Part shown: one piece after another, positions 27,277-38,172 of the stretch
Layout of the letters: each line of letters starts with the position of its first letter
Position numbering within the stretch: position 1 is the first letter of the stretch
From: Candidatus Bathyarchaeia archaeon
GTDB lineage: Archaea; Thermoproteota; Bathyarchaeia; 40CM-2-53-6
DNA length: 64,000 bases
Reading direction: 5' to 3'
Assembly (NCBI GenBank): GCA_050013255.1
Contig: JBEKFP010000002.1
Coordinates: 64,001-128,000 of the forward strand
Position numbers and translations under genes: made by a program
Notes under the pieces: model-generated
The model's database searches: none
The model's input: the letters and a program-made list of their open reading frames with translations, nothing else
Told to the model about the DNA's origin: nothing

Positions 27277-28388
27277 AATTGCTGTCTCCTAGCGGCCCTT
27301 TCAGCCTCGTCGATGATCAAGCGTTCGACCTGTGGAGCTATCGTCGCCCACCCGAAGTTTTCAGAGACCCACTTACGCCCCTCTGTTCCCAAACGCTCAG
27401 CCAGTTTTGCGTCTTCTATAAGACTCCGTATACGGTGGACCCATTCGTCTATGTTCTGATTATCAATGCTCCACCCTGTGAGTCCATCGGATATGATCTC
27501 GGGTACTCCTCCCACTCGGCTTCCTAAGACTGGTTTTCGCATGAGTGACGCTTCCAATACGGTTGTGGGACAGCAGTCCAAGTTTGAGGCCAACACGTAC
27601 AAGTCTGAGCTGGCCAGAAGCCGCCTGACACCCTCAGGATGGCCGATGCCTGAAAGGAAATGCACGTTCTTAAATTGGCCGAGGCTTTTCTCGACAAGAG
27701 GAAAGTAGCTTTGCCTAATGTCCTCTCCTGACGAGACATAGAAATTGACTTCTGGTAACTTTGAGATCACCGTTCCGAAGTTCAGTAACCCCAAGGTCTT
27801 TTCGTAAACGGTGTGATTTTGAATAATCGCCACAGCCGGATGCTTCAGTTCTATTCCAGGTGTGGGGAAGAATTCCGCTGGGTCAACGCCCTGGTACACC
27901 ACCTCCGTGGGCTTCGAGGGGAGATGCCTGCGGACCTCACTTTGCAACCACCTGCATATCGGCGTGACCCTGTCAGCGAGACCAACTCCAAGGAGACTAC
28001 TAGCGTAGAGCGGAAATCCTAACAGTTTCGATTTTACGCGTGACCGTTTTCCCCATTCAAAGAATTCCCTCCAAAGGTCTCCTCTTAAGTGAACAATTAT
28101 CGGAATCTTACGCTGGGGGGCCAACTGCGAGAGTTTCAAATGGAAAGCGTAGAGCGGGCTATCAGTATAGACTACGTCTGGGTTGAATTTCGCTAGAGCT
28201 TTCCGTGTGTCGCTGTCACCCAACATGCTTTCGAACACATTCCATAATCCGCTACCTTGGGGGCCCGCACGTGTTCTTGGGTAGGAAGGGGCCACGACTT
28301 CCGTCTCGAGTGACCCAGAGAAGTGCTGTATCATGCTTAGGAAGAAATCACGCTTAACTGGGGCCGCAACGAATGAGACTCGAACCAA
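27273..28388 (-). CDS. Glycosyltransferase family 4
   Basis: SDLYVLAS..DCCPTTVLEA, VGGVPEII. Confidence 0.88.
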   Translation of the reverse strand: MVRVSFVAAPVKRDFFLSMIQHFSGSLETEVVAPSYPRTRAGPQGSGLWNVFESMLGDSDTRKALAKFNPDVVYTDSPLYAFHLKLSQLAPQRKIPIIVHLRGDLWREFFEWGKRSRVKSKLLGFPLYASSLLGVGLADRVTPICRWLQSEVRRHLPSKPTEVVYQGVDPAEFFPTPGIELKHPAVAIIQNHTVYEKTLGLLNFGTVISKLPEVNFYVSSGEDIRQSYFPLVEKSLGQFKNVHFLSGIGHPEGVRRLLASSDLYVLASNLDCCPTTVLEASLMRKPVLGSRVGGVPEIISDGLTGWSIDNQNIDEWVHRIRSLIEDAKLAERLGTEGRKWVSENFGWATIAPQVERLIIDEAERAARRQQL

Positions 28389-28397
28389 TTCTAAGCC

Positions 28398-29912
28398 CTA
28401 CGTAGTCTTCTCTAGTAGTACGTAATCGTTGCGCTCCATTACTTGCTTGAATTCGGGTAATTCAATGGCGTCGGTGGGAACTGCCCTCCTGTCTACCAAG
28501 ACGAAGTTTATGGCGTATTCTTGGGTGAGATTTTTCAAGGGAACAGTGAGAATAGGGAAAAAGGCTGCGAGCTTTCCATAATTCTGTGCGCTCATGGTAT
28601 AGAATACTTTCTTCCCAGTGAAGTAGGGGACGGCGTATGTGTGAGAGGAAGGTAGGCAGATGACCCCGTCCTTCTTTGAACTTTTCAAGTAATCAAAGAT
28701 GTCTTTGAGAAGCGCTTGGTCGTCAGTCCTGCTACGTTCCCTAATACGCGTCCAACCCCTAGCGTTTTGAACTAGTGACAATAAGAATGCAACACCCATT
28801 ACAATTAGCTTCCAGTAGGAAAATTGTTGCCAGACGAACAGAGCGCACACAAGCGCCGAAGGAAATGCGTTGTAGTCCAGAAACTGCGTTCTTCCCGGAT
28901 AGTGACCCAAGAAACGCAGGTGTGTGGCTGCATAGTAGAACACGAGCGTTAGGACAGACCATTGGAAGGTCGTCCATTCCCACGATCCTCTAATGCCGAC
29001 AAGAGGCAACAGGAGGGCAACAAGTGCGAATGGGTTGAACGGGTTCAACTCAAGAAGCCAGTAAATTGGGTTTGCGCGCTTAGTTTGTTGCCAGACCCGC
29101 CTTATGGATAGGGCTGAACCCTGCTCTTGCCTTCCGGTTTCGATTCGTCTTCCGCTACCGTCTGTGATCCTATGGCCTAGAACTGGCGAACCGTACTCCT
29201 TGTAATGCTTCAGCCAGAACTTGTTAATGCCGAGTTGACCACGCAATACCTTCAGGTAAAATCCGCCCGAAAAAATCAATGCTCCGAGAACGGCAGCGAT
29301 GAAAGCTACCGCAGGCAGGATGGACCAGCTTAGAATGGTGAAAGAAACTGAGAGTAACAGCAAGACCTCTGATGCGAACTTGTGGGAAAGGAGGACTAGA
29401 ATTCCACCGATGACCATGAAGGGCATGAAAAGGAGGTTATGAGTAGATTGATAGAGCACGAAACTTAGCAGCGTGACATTGAACAATACCATCCCGAAAA
29501 TTCTGGTGCTCAGGATTAAGCTTTCTTCCAAAACCACAGGCGTGAATGAATAGACTATCCCTGCGACTGAGCCAAGGAAGATGTCCCCCGTAAGGATGTA
29601 GCCCGAAAGGCATAGGAGGCTGGCATTAACGCTGTCCATTATTGGGTTAATGAGCCAGTTGTATTTCCTTAGCCACGACAAAGGAAAGAGCGAAAGAAAA
29701 TAGAAGAAAAATGGCGGGTAGTCGTGTTCTCCGGGAAGGAGAAAATATTTTGAGACACCGTTGTACCCTCCTCCCTGCTTCAATAGGTCGACGACAAGTA
29801 GAATTGCCCAGGTGTCATGCCCGATTAGCGGTTTCCCAATTCTGGGAAGAGCCCTCAGAGCAAAGCAGAGGAGCCCAACACCGAACAAAACCGCGGGCAC
29901 GGTGAAGTCCAA
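28398..29912 (-). CDS. Polytopic membrane protein, GT-C-like
   Basis: GHDTW, DYPP, ~11 TM, soluble C-terminus. Confidence 0.6.
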   Translation of the reverse strand: MDFTVPAVLFGVGLLCFALRALPRIGKPLIGHDTWAILLVVDLLKQGGGYNGVSKYFLLPGEHDYPPFFFYFLSLFPLSWLRKYNWLINPIMDSVNASLLCLSGYILTGDIFLGSVAGIVYSFTPVVLEESLILSTRIFGMVLFNVTLLSFVLYQSTHNLLFMPFMVIGGILVLLSHKFASEVLLLLSVSFTILSWSILPAVAFIAAVLGALIFSGGFYLKVLRGQLGINKFWLKHYKEYGSPVLGHRITDGSGRRIETGRQEQGSALSIRRVWQQTKRANPIYWLLELNPFNPFALVALLLPLVGIRGSWEWTTFQWSVLTLVFYYAATHLRFLGHYPGRTQFLDYNAFPSALVCALFVWQQFSYWKLIVMGVAFLLSLVQNARGWTRIRERSRTDDQALLKDIFDYLKSSKKDGVICLPSSHTYAVPYFTGKKVFYTMSAQNYGKLAAFFPILTVPLKNLTQEYAINFVLVDRRAVPTDAIELPEFKQVMERNDYVLLEKTT

Positions 29913-29982
29913 GACTAATCCTTGGTCCCGACAGCATCAAATCTGTTCATGTCATGTCGCATTGGTAAGGGCGATTGGGATT

Positions 29983-31167
29983 TCATTTGGTCAATTCCTC
30001 ATACACGGCTTCATATTTCCTGCACGCGGCCTCAAGCGAGAAGTTGCTCCGAATGTATGCCTGCGCGTTTCGGCCTATTTGTTCCCTGAGCTTCCTATCG
30101 GAAAGCAATTTCACGAGGGCGTTCGAAATGTCCTGAGCGTTCCCCGGCCGGACAAGGGCTATATTCTCCCAGTTTTTCAGCCTGAGGTTCATGAAGTTGT
30201 CTTCTTTCGCGGACGATAGGACCGCTTTTCCCGCCGCCATGGCTTCAAGGCTAGCCAATCCTATGCCCAAGCCTGTGTCGAGGTCGTGCCCCTCCACATC
30301 GCTCGCCCCTATGTAGGAAGGTATCATTGCATAATCGACTCTTCCGCAAAAGATCACTGATTTCTCGAGCTCCAGTTTCCTAACCAGTTCAAGGGGGCTA
30401 TTGTCATACAACGGCCCGACGACCAACAATCTTACAGCCGGAAACTCTTGCAAGACAGAGGGTAGAGCGTTTAGGAGCCCATTAGCGGTCCGAAGGTTTG
30501 ACATAGTTCCTAGCGAAAGGACGGCCGGATCCTCAGGACCTAGGCCGAATTGACGCCTTATGGCATCACCTGATACGTTCTGGAAACGTTCCAGATCAAC
30601 GCCGACCGGAATAAATTTGATTGCGTGGTCACTGGGGTTGTACCGATCTTTCATGTAATCGTGCATCAATTTGTCCATGGCTATGAGTTTGTTGACCCTA
30701 CGGGCCACAAGTTGTTTGATTAGCGTTTTATCCACCAAGCGAAAGAAAGTGTCGTACATGAATTGAGTGTGCTCCATCCTAGTGCCTATTGTGAGCACAA
30801 TAGGCAGACGCATGATTTTCGCTGCTAGAACGCACAGGAATGTTAAATCAAAGAACTGCCCAAACATCTGTACGACTTCAACTTTCTCTCTCATCAAAAT
30901 GCGTGCAACATGCCAGAAATTCCCGGGCATGAGATTGCTGTAGAGGTCAGCCTTATGCAATATCTCAAGTTTTGGGTACCTAACCGACCTGAGCCGATAG
31001 ACCGTCATTCCATCTAACTTCTCAGTGCTCGGTGGCCCACCGATGCTGGAGGTGATTACCGTTAGCTTGTGCCCGGTTTCGGAAAGTTTCCGCGCGAGGA
31101 GGTACGCTGCTCTGGCAGTTCCACTAACGTGTGGAGGAAAGAAAGTGTTGACTACGCAAATGTTCAT
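29983..31167 (-). CDS. Glycosyltransferase family 4
   Basis: FFPPHVSG, IPVGVD, SLEAMAAGK. Confidence 0.88.
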   Translation of the reverse strand: MNICVVNTFFPPHVSGTARAAYLLARKLSETGHKLTVITSSIGGPPSTEKLDGMTVYRLRSVRYPKLEILHKADLYSNLMPGNFWHVARILMREKVEVVQMFGQFFDLTFLCVLAAKIMRLPIVLTIGTRMEHTQFMYDTFFRLVDKTLIKQLVARRVNKLIAMDKLMHDYMKDRYNPSDHAIKFIPVGVDLERFQNVSGDAIRRQFGLGPEDPAVLSLGTMSNLRTANGLLNALPSVLQEFPAVRLLVVGPLYDNSPLELVRKLELEKSVIFCGRVDYAMIPSYIGASDVEGHDLDTGLGIGLASLEAMAAGKAVLSSAKEDNFMNLRLKNWENIALVRPGNAQDISNALVKLLSDRKLREQIGRNAQAYIRSNFSLEAACRKYEAVYEELTK

Positions 31168-31265
31168 GTCGCGACGCCAGGTATTTTTCAGCTATCCACC
31201 AACAGTCTGATACAAAGCTCACCATGTTCTCGGTGGGAAGAGTGCTGTCATGTGTTCTCCTCGCT

Positions 31266-32963
31266 CTAATATTCCAATTGTCCGGTTAGAACTTTGAAAA
31301 CCGACACTTGTTCGTTCTGGTAGAGCTGGTCGTATTGCCCTTGGTCTTTAATCGTGGTCAGGAGGAGCGTATCCATTGAAAGAGTGTTGAGTGGAGGAAA
31401 ACCATTCGTTCTTGCCACATCCAAGTTTACCTTTCTGATTCCCGTGATGAGGTAGATTGGCTCAGGGGGTTCCCCTTGAAGTTTCAGTTGGATTCTGGTC
31501 AAGTTGCCAGTGTGCAGGTCTGGATATACGATGAAGGCGTATAGTGTCACATTCTGTCCGGAAACTGTCACATTTTGGATGCCCATGATCGTTCGCTCAG
31601 CCGCGATTGCTTCGTACGTCAGGATTGGTTCCTCAACACCAACCGCAAGCACAAGCGCGTCCTGCGGCGAGTTATGCCTAACGTAGTCAAACGCATAGTA
31701 CTCTTGGTCGGTCATAGTCTTGTAGTAGTGGCTATCCAGGATTCCCAGCCCGCCAGCAGTTGGTGCCTTGTAATAGTTTAACGCGCTAAGGTTCGCGACG
31801 CACAGCGAAATAATCACCAACACTGTAAGAACCCTTACGATGGCTTTGTATGAAATTGGTTTAGGCCTTGCTGCCATGTTCGTTTGTAAATAGTCTAAGC
31901 CAACCACTATGGCATAGGCCGCTAGGATAGCGATTGGCATAGCAAGCCAGCTAAACATGTAGACGCTACTATCCCCAGCGCCAGCGAAACCTACGTTGTA
32001 AACGATTCTCAAAGCGACCGTCAAGAATGCAAGGACAATAAGGTAAGTCATGAGAAAGCCTGCTCCGGCCCCGTAATCCTTTCTGACCCGTCGCGTCAAC
32101 ATAACCATGGCGAACCCGACAAATCCAAAAAGAACTAAGACATAACCGAGCTCGCCCAAAGCCACGGCGGCTGTTTTTCCAACAGAAACAGCCAGCAACC
32201 GGATGAAGCCCGTTGCGGAACGTTGGACCACAGGAACTTGGTAGGTGTATACCTTCGTCCCGAGGTAGTAACGAAGCATGACTGGCAGGACCCGGAGGTA
32301 CCATACTATCGCGCTGAAAGTTAACGCAGGGGCGATAATAGTGAAAAGGGCTTTTGCCGAATAGCGTTTTCCAAGCTGAAGTGTGAATGGAAGCACAACG
32401 GCAAAAGGAATGAGGATGATGAGGAGGAAATGGTAGTACAGGACGCTGGCCGCTAGGAAAGCCGCAGCTAACAGTAGATTTGTCCACCTCTTCGTGACGA
32501 GTCCGCGTAGCATGAAGAGCAAGGAGAAGACAAAAAAGAGATGAGCCAGGCCCTCGGGGATGCCTATGGATGTTCTCATAAAGTAGAACCTGTCCGTAAC
32601 CGTCAGAACTGAAGCAAGGGTTGCGATCCTGTGTGAACGAAGGATTTCGAGAGTAAGCAGATAGATCGGGATAACATTCAGTGCCGTGGCTATTGGAATG
32701 AATCTAATGATCTGGTATGGGTCTGTTCCGGAGGATGCCAGTGCTGCGACGAAGTACATGAACGTGGGAGGATAGCCTGTCTGCGTGAAAAAAGAGTTGA
32801 GCGTTCCCGTGCTTAGGAACTGACGGGTCCACGCAGTCCAACTCCAAGGGTCCAAAGCGCCAATGACCGGCGAGCTAATAGGATCTAAAGCTTTGATGGC
32901 GGTTGCAAATGCTGCAACCACCAAAAGCGGGGTGTACGTTCGCAGAGTTTTCATAGCCAACAA
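31266..32963 (-). CDS. Polytopic membrane protein, GT-C-like
   Basis: DPWSW, GYPP, IPEGLA, YYH; ~12 TM and extracellular C-terminus. Confidence 0.6.
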   Translation of the reverse strand: MLAMKTLRTYTPLLVVAAFATAIKALDPISSPVIGALDPWSWTAWTRQFLSTGTLNSFFTQTGYPPTFMYFVAALASSGTDPYQIIRFIPIATALNVIPIYLLTLEILRSHRIATLASVLTVTDRFYFMRTSIGIPEGLAHLFFVFSLLFMLRGLVTKRWTNLLLAAAFLAASVLYYHFLLIILIPFAVVLPFTLQLGKRYSAKALFTIIAPALTFSAIVWYLRVLPVMLRYYLGTKVYTYQVPVVQRSATGFIRLLAVSVGKTAAVALGELGYVLVLFGFVGFAMVMLTRRVRKDYGAGAGFLMTYLIVLAFLTVALRIVYNVGFAGAGDSSVYMFSWLAMPIAILAAYAIVVGLDYLQTNMAARPKPISYKAIVRVLTVLVIISLCVANLSALNYYKAPTAGGLGILDSHYYKTMTDQEYYAFDYVRHNSPQDALVLAVGVEEPILTYEAIAAERTIMGIQNVTVSGQNVTLYAFIVYPDLHTGNLTRIQLKLQGEPPEPIYLITGIRKVNLDVARTNGFPPLNTLSMDTLLLTTIKDQGQYDQLYQNEQVSVFKVLTGQLEY

Positions 32964-33200
32964 TCGACTTGCTTACGGTTATAACAATTGACTTAGCTCA
33001 AAAACCAAAAGCCTTCTCGAAGACCTCGAATGATTTGGTAATGGGCCATCAAAGCCTTTGGGGCGACGCCGGCGTTTCGGCTAAACTCTCGTCAGATGTC
33101 CTCTCTGTTGAAGCGAGCTTTCTAATTCACTCATGTAGAGTTAAGAACAGTTAAATATTCCAGGTCTTTCTTCAACTCGCATCATGGGATGTTTGCTTAA

Positions 33201-34316
33201 TTGAGTAAACAGATACGGTTGATTGAGCCTGTAGTCGGGTCAGAAGAGGAACGCTTGGTTGCCGAGGTTCTGAGGTCGGGTTGGCTTAGCGAAGGGCCGA
33301 TGACAAAGAGGTTCGAGCAACTCGTCGCCGAGTTCGTCGGCGCGAAACACGCTGTGGCTGCAACTTCTTGCACAACTGCGATGGAAATCGCGCTCAGGGC
33401 AATGGAGGTCGCTCCCGGGGAGAGGGTTCTGATCCCAGACTTCACACACCCGGCCACAGCTGACGCCATAATAGTTCTTGGTGCGAAACCAGTTTTGGTT
33501 GACGTGGACTTAGCGAGTTACAACATGGACTTTGAGGAAGCAAGGAAGGCGCTTTCCAAACCGGGACGAGCTGTGCTTCCAGTTTCCTGGGGAGGCTACC
33601 CTCTAAACAAGAAAGAGCTTACCAAGTTGAAAGACGAGTTTCACGTGTTGGCGTTAGAGGATGCCGCCTGCAGCTTGGGATCCGAGTGTGATGGGGCAAG
33701 GACTGGGACGATGGCGGACGTTACCTGCTTTAGCTTCCACCCTAGGAAAGTAATGACGACGGGTGAAGGCGGAATGATAACAACCGAGAGCGATGAATAC
33801 GCCGAGAAGATGAGGAGTTTCAAGAATTTTGGGTCGGCAAAAGTAGGGACCGAAGTACGATTCATTCGATATGGCAGCAACTACAAGATGAGTGACATAC
33901 TCGCCGCGGTTGGCGTTGCACAGATGGCCAAACTGCCTAAGATTATAGAACGAAGAATCGAACTCGCCAAGAATTATGACAAGTTGCTAAACGACGTCGA
34001 CGGTATTAGGCCCCCAAGTGGCGGCAAAGGGCTCAAGCACATCTACCAGACGTACGCAGCATACGTTGAAGTAGAAGGCGCTAGAGACAAATTGATTCAA
34101 CATCTTCGTGGACTCGGAATAGAAGCGCAGATTGGTACCTACGCGTTGCACATGGAACCGTACTACCAGAACCTTGAGAGGCAAGGTAACCTAGAGAGGT
34201 CTAGGAAGCTCTACGAGAACCTAATCGCGCTCCCCATGTCGCACAACATGACCTCAGAGGACCAAAGACGCGTCGTAACCGAGCTCGGCAAGTTCCTAAA
34301 GTCCTTCGGTCGCTGA
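33201..34316 (+). CDS. DegT/DnrJ/EryC1/StrS sugar aminotransferase
   Basis: SGWLSEGP, EDAAC, FSFHPRKVMTTGEGG, NYKMSD. Confidence 0.92.
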   Translation: MSKQIRLIEPVVGSEEERLVAEVLRSGWLSEGPMTKRFEQLVAEFVGAKHAVAATSCTTAMEIALRAMEVAPGERVLIPDFTHPATADAIIVLGAKPVLVDVDLASYNMDFEEARKALSKPGRAVLPVSWGGYPLNKKELTKLKDEFHVLALEDAACSLGSECDGARTGTMADVTCFSFHPRKVMTTGEGGMITTESDEYAEKMRSFKNFGSAKVGTEVRFIRYGSNYKMSDILAAVGVAQMAKLPKIIERRIELAKNYDKLLNDVDGIRPPSGGKGLKHIYQTYAAYVEVEGARDKLIQHLRGLGIEAQIGTYALHMEPYYQNLERQGNLERSRKLYENLIALPMSHNMTSEDQRRVVTELGKFLKSFGR

Positions 34317-34321
34317 CGGCC

Positions 34322-35236
34322 TTGCGAGTTCTGATTTTCGGAGCAGCAGGTTTCGTAGGTAGAAACCTAGTCGAAAGACTCTCCAAGGAAAAGCATGAAG
34401 TAACGGCCTCCGATGCGCTGGAGAACCCCTACGGTCAGTCCACCAAGTACGTCAGGGTGGATGTTCTAGATCGGAACGGCATATTCGAGGCTGTAAAGGG
34501 AAATGAGGTAGTCGTACATTTGGCCGCGTCTCCGCTCGTGGCGTCCCTAAAGGATCCAACGCTAAACATGAGAGTTAACATCGAGGGGACGCTAAACATC
34601 TTGGACGCAGCTAGAAAGCACGACGTTAAGAAGGTCATTTATTCTTCCGCCTCGTCTGTTATCGGAACACCCAATTATAATCCGGTTGACGAAGAGCACC
34701 CGACTACCCCTAAGACTCCCTACGCCGTCGCCAAGAAGGCATGCGAAGACTACCTAAGGGTCTACAAGGAAGTGTACGGCCTACGATATTTGGTGTTCAG
34801 ATTCTTCAACCTGTACGGCCCCTGGCAGACCTACTTGAGCGGCGCGTTGGTTCCAAACCTACACAAAACGCTACTGGAAAACAATGAATTCCAGGTTTTC
34901 GGGGATGGGTCTAGCACACGGGACTTCATTTACGTCGAGGACGTCGTCGATTACTTCAATTCGGCGATGACCAAGAATGTCGAAAACACAACAATCAATA
35001 TGGGAACAGGAATTGGCACATCGATTAAGCAACTCATCGATCTAGGCTCAAAGGTGTTAGGAGTAACCCCACGGATTGCATACAAACCAAGTCGGCCAGG
35101 AGAAATAGGTAACTTCGTTGCCGATACAAAACGGCTCATACAAATATTTGGGGCAGGGCCTCGAACATCTCTTGAAGAAGGGTTGAGAAAATCATTTTCT
35201 TGGCTAAGCGCGAAACAATCAGGAGCTCATGCTTAA
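34322..35236 (+). CDS. NAD-dependent nucleotide-sugar epimerase/dehydratase
   Basis: GAAGFVG, HLAA, YAVAK, RFFNLYGP, RDFIYV. Confidence 0.9.
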   Translation: MRVLIFGAAGFVGRNLVERLSKEKHEVTASDALENPYGQSTKYVRVDVLDRNGIFEAVKGNEVVVHLAASPLVASLKDPTLNMRVNIEGTLNILDAARKHDVKKVIYSSASSVIGTPNYNPVDEEHPTTPKTPYAVAKKACEDYLRVYKEVYGLRYLVFRFFNLYGPWQTYLSGALVPNLHKTLLENNEFQVFGDGSSTRDFIYVEDVVDYFNSAMTKNVENTTINMGTGIGTSIKQLIDLGSKVLGVTPRIAYKPSRPGEIGNFVADTKRLIQIFGAGPRTSLEEGLRKSFSWLSAKQSGAHA

Positions 35237-36786
35237 CCGAGAACCCGATATAGAAATCGTAACGGGACTTTAAGAAGGCCAGGTATACCCGTCCGTATCA
35301 ATAGGTCCATATCCTCAAGCTTGAACAATTTCGCGAATTTTACCGCGACACAGGTCGAAATTACCATGACCAACAGAGCACCGAATTGAAGAACGAAAGG
35401 AATTCCTGACCTCGCGAGCAATAATGCGCCCAAACCTATGGCAACGGATAGTATTACGGACAAGTTTGCGCCTAACGAGAAACCAAACTCCTGAGCTACA
35501 TAATGGTTTAGCAGGAACGAGCTTGCCAAGTAAGCCGCTACCCAACCCCAAGCGGCTCCTTCTATGCCAATTCTTGGGATGAGAATGAAATAGCATGATA
35601 GTTCGAAGGCGTACTGTACAACTGTTACCCAGAATGATTGTTTCAACTTGTCATAAATCCCGGAGTAGATTGACTGGAGAGCCGTAGGCATGTGTGCAAT
35701 TTCACCGTAAGCTAGTATCAGGAACGCCCCAATAGCGGGGTAGTATCGCTGGCTGAGGAGGATGCGGACGATCGGCGGTAGGCATACAATGCTAATGCTT
35801 ACAGCAAGCGCGAAGAGAATTGTCAATTGTGGAACGATTCTGTGGAAATATTTCCGTAGCGCGTCAGCCCTTCCCATACTCTTCAACCCCTGGAGAATTG
35901 GGAACATAAGATTCGGAAAAAGCATCACAAACTGGACGAAGATTGTGTTCATGCTGTTAGCCGTGTTAAAGAGTCCAACAGCGGCGACTGATACAAAATA
36001 CAGTATGAGATAGAATTCGATTGGGTTATAGATGTAACTGAGAACGGACGTTGGAATAGCGGGCGACGAATAACGCACAGTGCGATCCAGCTCGTTTCGA
36101 ATATTGGCCGTTGGCAAACCCTGTCTGAAATTATCACGCCTCAGCCATAGGGCAAGAAATAGCGACTGAGCGACTGAGCCTCCGACGCTTAGGGCAATCA
36201 GCCAATCGATGCCTGCCACGTGAACGTACTTGTATAGCAGATACAAGGCCCCGACCTGAAACAGCTGACTAATCAGGCCAGCAGTTGCGACTTGAGTGTA
36301 TTTGCCAAAGACTCGCAGGTAACTGTTCACTTCATTCCCCAGAACCCACAAGGTCAAAAACAGCGGGACGGCCCAAAGAATTCGGCCAGACAGTCCTATC
36401 CTTACTGCCAATATGTTGTGCCCAAATATGTAGAAACCACCGAATGCCAGGGCTGTCGCCCCCCAGATGAGTGATAGCAAAATCAGTCTGACCCGAAATG
36501 TTCGGCGTACACCTCCGGCCTGAACGTACTCCTCTTTGCCGAAGCGGATGAGTGCGCTGGATAGCCAGTTGAATCCGAGAGATTGTAAGAAAAGGGCAGC
36601 TGTCGTAATCAGCGCAAGCTGTCCTGTAACATCTGGAGCAAAAACTCTCGTCGAGAAGTATACTGTGAATACAGATGGCAATATCCCAATCAAGTTCATG
36701 CCGTAAGACGCCGCAACGGTCGTGAAGAGAGTTGAAATCTCTCCCTTAATGCGCGGATTTTGATGCCCGCTGTTCGCAGTGGCCAA
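35233..36786 (-). CDS. Wzx-like oligosaccharide flippase
   Basis: ~14 TM, MOP-type layout, LIPRIGIEGAAW. Confidence 0.8.
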   Translation of the reverse strand: MATANSGHQNPRIKGEISTLFTTVAASYGMNLIGILPSVFTVYFSTRVFAPDVTGQLALITTAALFLQSLGFNWLSSALIRFGKEEYVQAGGVRRTFRVRLILLSLIWGATALAFGGFYIFGHNILAVRIGLSGRILWAVPLFLTLWVLGNEVNSYLRVFGKYTQVATAGLISQLFQVGALYLLYKYVHVAGIDWLIALSVGGSVAQSLFLALWLRRDNFRQGLPTANIRNELDRTVRYSSPAIPTSVLSYIYNPIEFYLILYFVSVAAVGLFNTANSMNTIFVQFVMLFPNLMFPILQGLKSMGRADALRKYFHRIVPQLTILFALAVSISIVCLPPIVRILLSQRYYPAIGAFLILAYGEIAHMPTALQSIYSGIYDKLKQSFWVTVVQYAFELSCYFILIPRIGIEGAAWGWVAAYLASSFLLNHYVAQEFGFSLGANLSVILSVAIGLGALLLARSGIPFVLQFGALLVMVISTCVAVKFAKLFKLEDMDLLIRTGIPGLLKVPLRFLYRVLG

Positions 36787-37005
36787 TCAGTATGCACTTT
36801 ATGCGATTCTACCTGGGCTAGCCATAACCTTACTTATCCTTTCTTGAATTCTCTTTCAGCTACATGCTTCAAGGTGCTTGAAAACAAAACATTTTAGCCA
36901 TACAAAAGGAATGCGAAAAGACCTAACCTTGTCACTCATCAGCAACTTACCTAACCCTCTTACCTTTGAACATCTCAAGAACCCAAGTCAGAGAAACGTG
37001 GAAAT

Positions 37006-38091
37006 TTGAATTCGCGAATAAGCACGCGAGGGACGGTAAGATACGTTCGCAACTTGAAAGTCAAGGAAATCTACAGAGCTTTTGGCGCCAAGGAGAGCGA
37101 CGTAAGAGATGTTGGCCAGCGACTCTCCAAGGAATTCCATCGACACGTTGTAAACACGTTTTCGGGAAGAATTGGAATCTATATCGCCTTAAAGGCTTGC
37201 AACCTTGCCGCGACCGATGAGGTCCTTATCCCTGAGCACATAAGCTCCTGCGTCGTTGACGCTATCAAAAAAGTCTGTAAACCAACCTACAATCTGAGTA
37301 ACAAGACAAGGGCTATGGTTGTTTTTCATCAATTCGGCTATCCACAAAAAATGGACGAGATAAGCAAAATCGCACAAGAAAAGAACCTCATGATAGTCGA
37401 AGATTGTGCACATTCCTTGAGCTCTAGGTACAAGGGCGTAAGAATTGGTAGCCTTGGGGATGCAGCCGTACTCAGCTTCTCGAAGATCTTCCCCACCATT
37501 CTAGGTGGTTGCCTCATAACAGATGACAAACGAATTCTAGACTTTGCTCTGAAATATTTACGAGACAACAAGTCCTCTTTCAAGAAAATATGCCAGAAAC
37601 TCTTCCTTGGACCCACCTTGATAAATGCTGAAGCAAAAAACTACCTAGTACACCACATCTTCGCTCCAATAGTAGGCATGACTTGGAAGTACTTCTTTGA
37701 CCTTCCGAATCCCAGTGACATGGTTTGTCACCTAATTCTGGATTACCTCAAGGATCTGGATCACTATTCCAGGAAGAGACGAACTAATCTGCAAATTATG
37801 AGAGCTCGCCTCGGCGTGGGGTATCACAGCGAGCTTGAAGATGGGTGCGAGGTAGTACCCTTTGCAGTTCCCTACCTTTGCAGTGACCCAGAAAGGATGC
37901 GGGAGGAATTGAGAAGACGAAATATCCTGGTTGGGGTGAACTATTTCGACATGAACCGCAACATTCTCTCCCCTAACTTCAAAAGAGTGCTCGCATTGCC
38001 TTGCCATCAAGACCTCTCACCTTCGAATATTGAATATTTGTTAGACTCTCTGAAGGAAGCAGAATCCAGAACTGGAACTCATCTAACCTGA
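37006..38091 (+). CDS. Divergent DegT-like PLP-dependent enzyme
   Basis: SGRIGI, HQFGYP, VEDCAH, SFSKIFP..GG, LPCHQ. Confidence 0.8.
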   Translation: MNSRISTRGTVRYVRNLKVKEIYRAFGAKESDVRDVGQRLSKEFHRHVVNTFSGRIGIYIALKACNLAATDEVLIPEHISSCVVDAIKKVCKPTYNLSNKTRAMVVFHQFGYPQKMDEISKIAQEKNLMIVEDCAHSLSSRYKGVRIGSLGDAAVLSFSKIFPTILGGCLITDDKRILDFALKYLRDNKSSFKKICQKLFLGPTLINAEAKNYLVHHIFAPIVGMTWKYFFDLPNPSDMVCHLILDYLKDLDHYSRKRRTNLQIMRARLGVGYHSELEDGCEVVPFAVPYLCSDPERMREELRRRNILVGVNYFDMNRNILSPNFKRVLALPCHQDLSPSNIEYLLDSLKEAESRTGTHLT

Positions 38092-38172
38092 AATGTCGAC
38101 AACAAATCAAGATCAGGTAGGTAAATTGATTGGATAACGTATTTCAAATACGCAACGAGCGAGAGTAAGTTC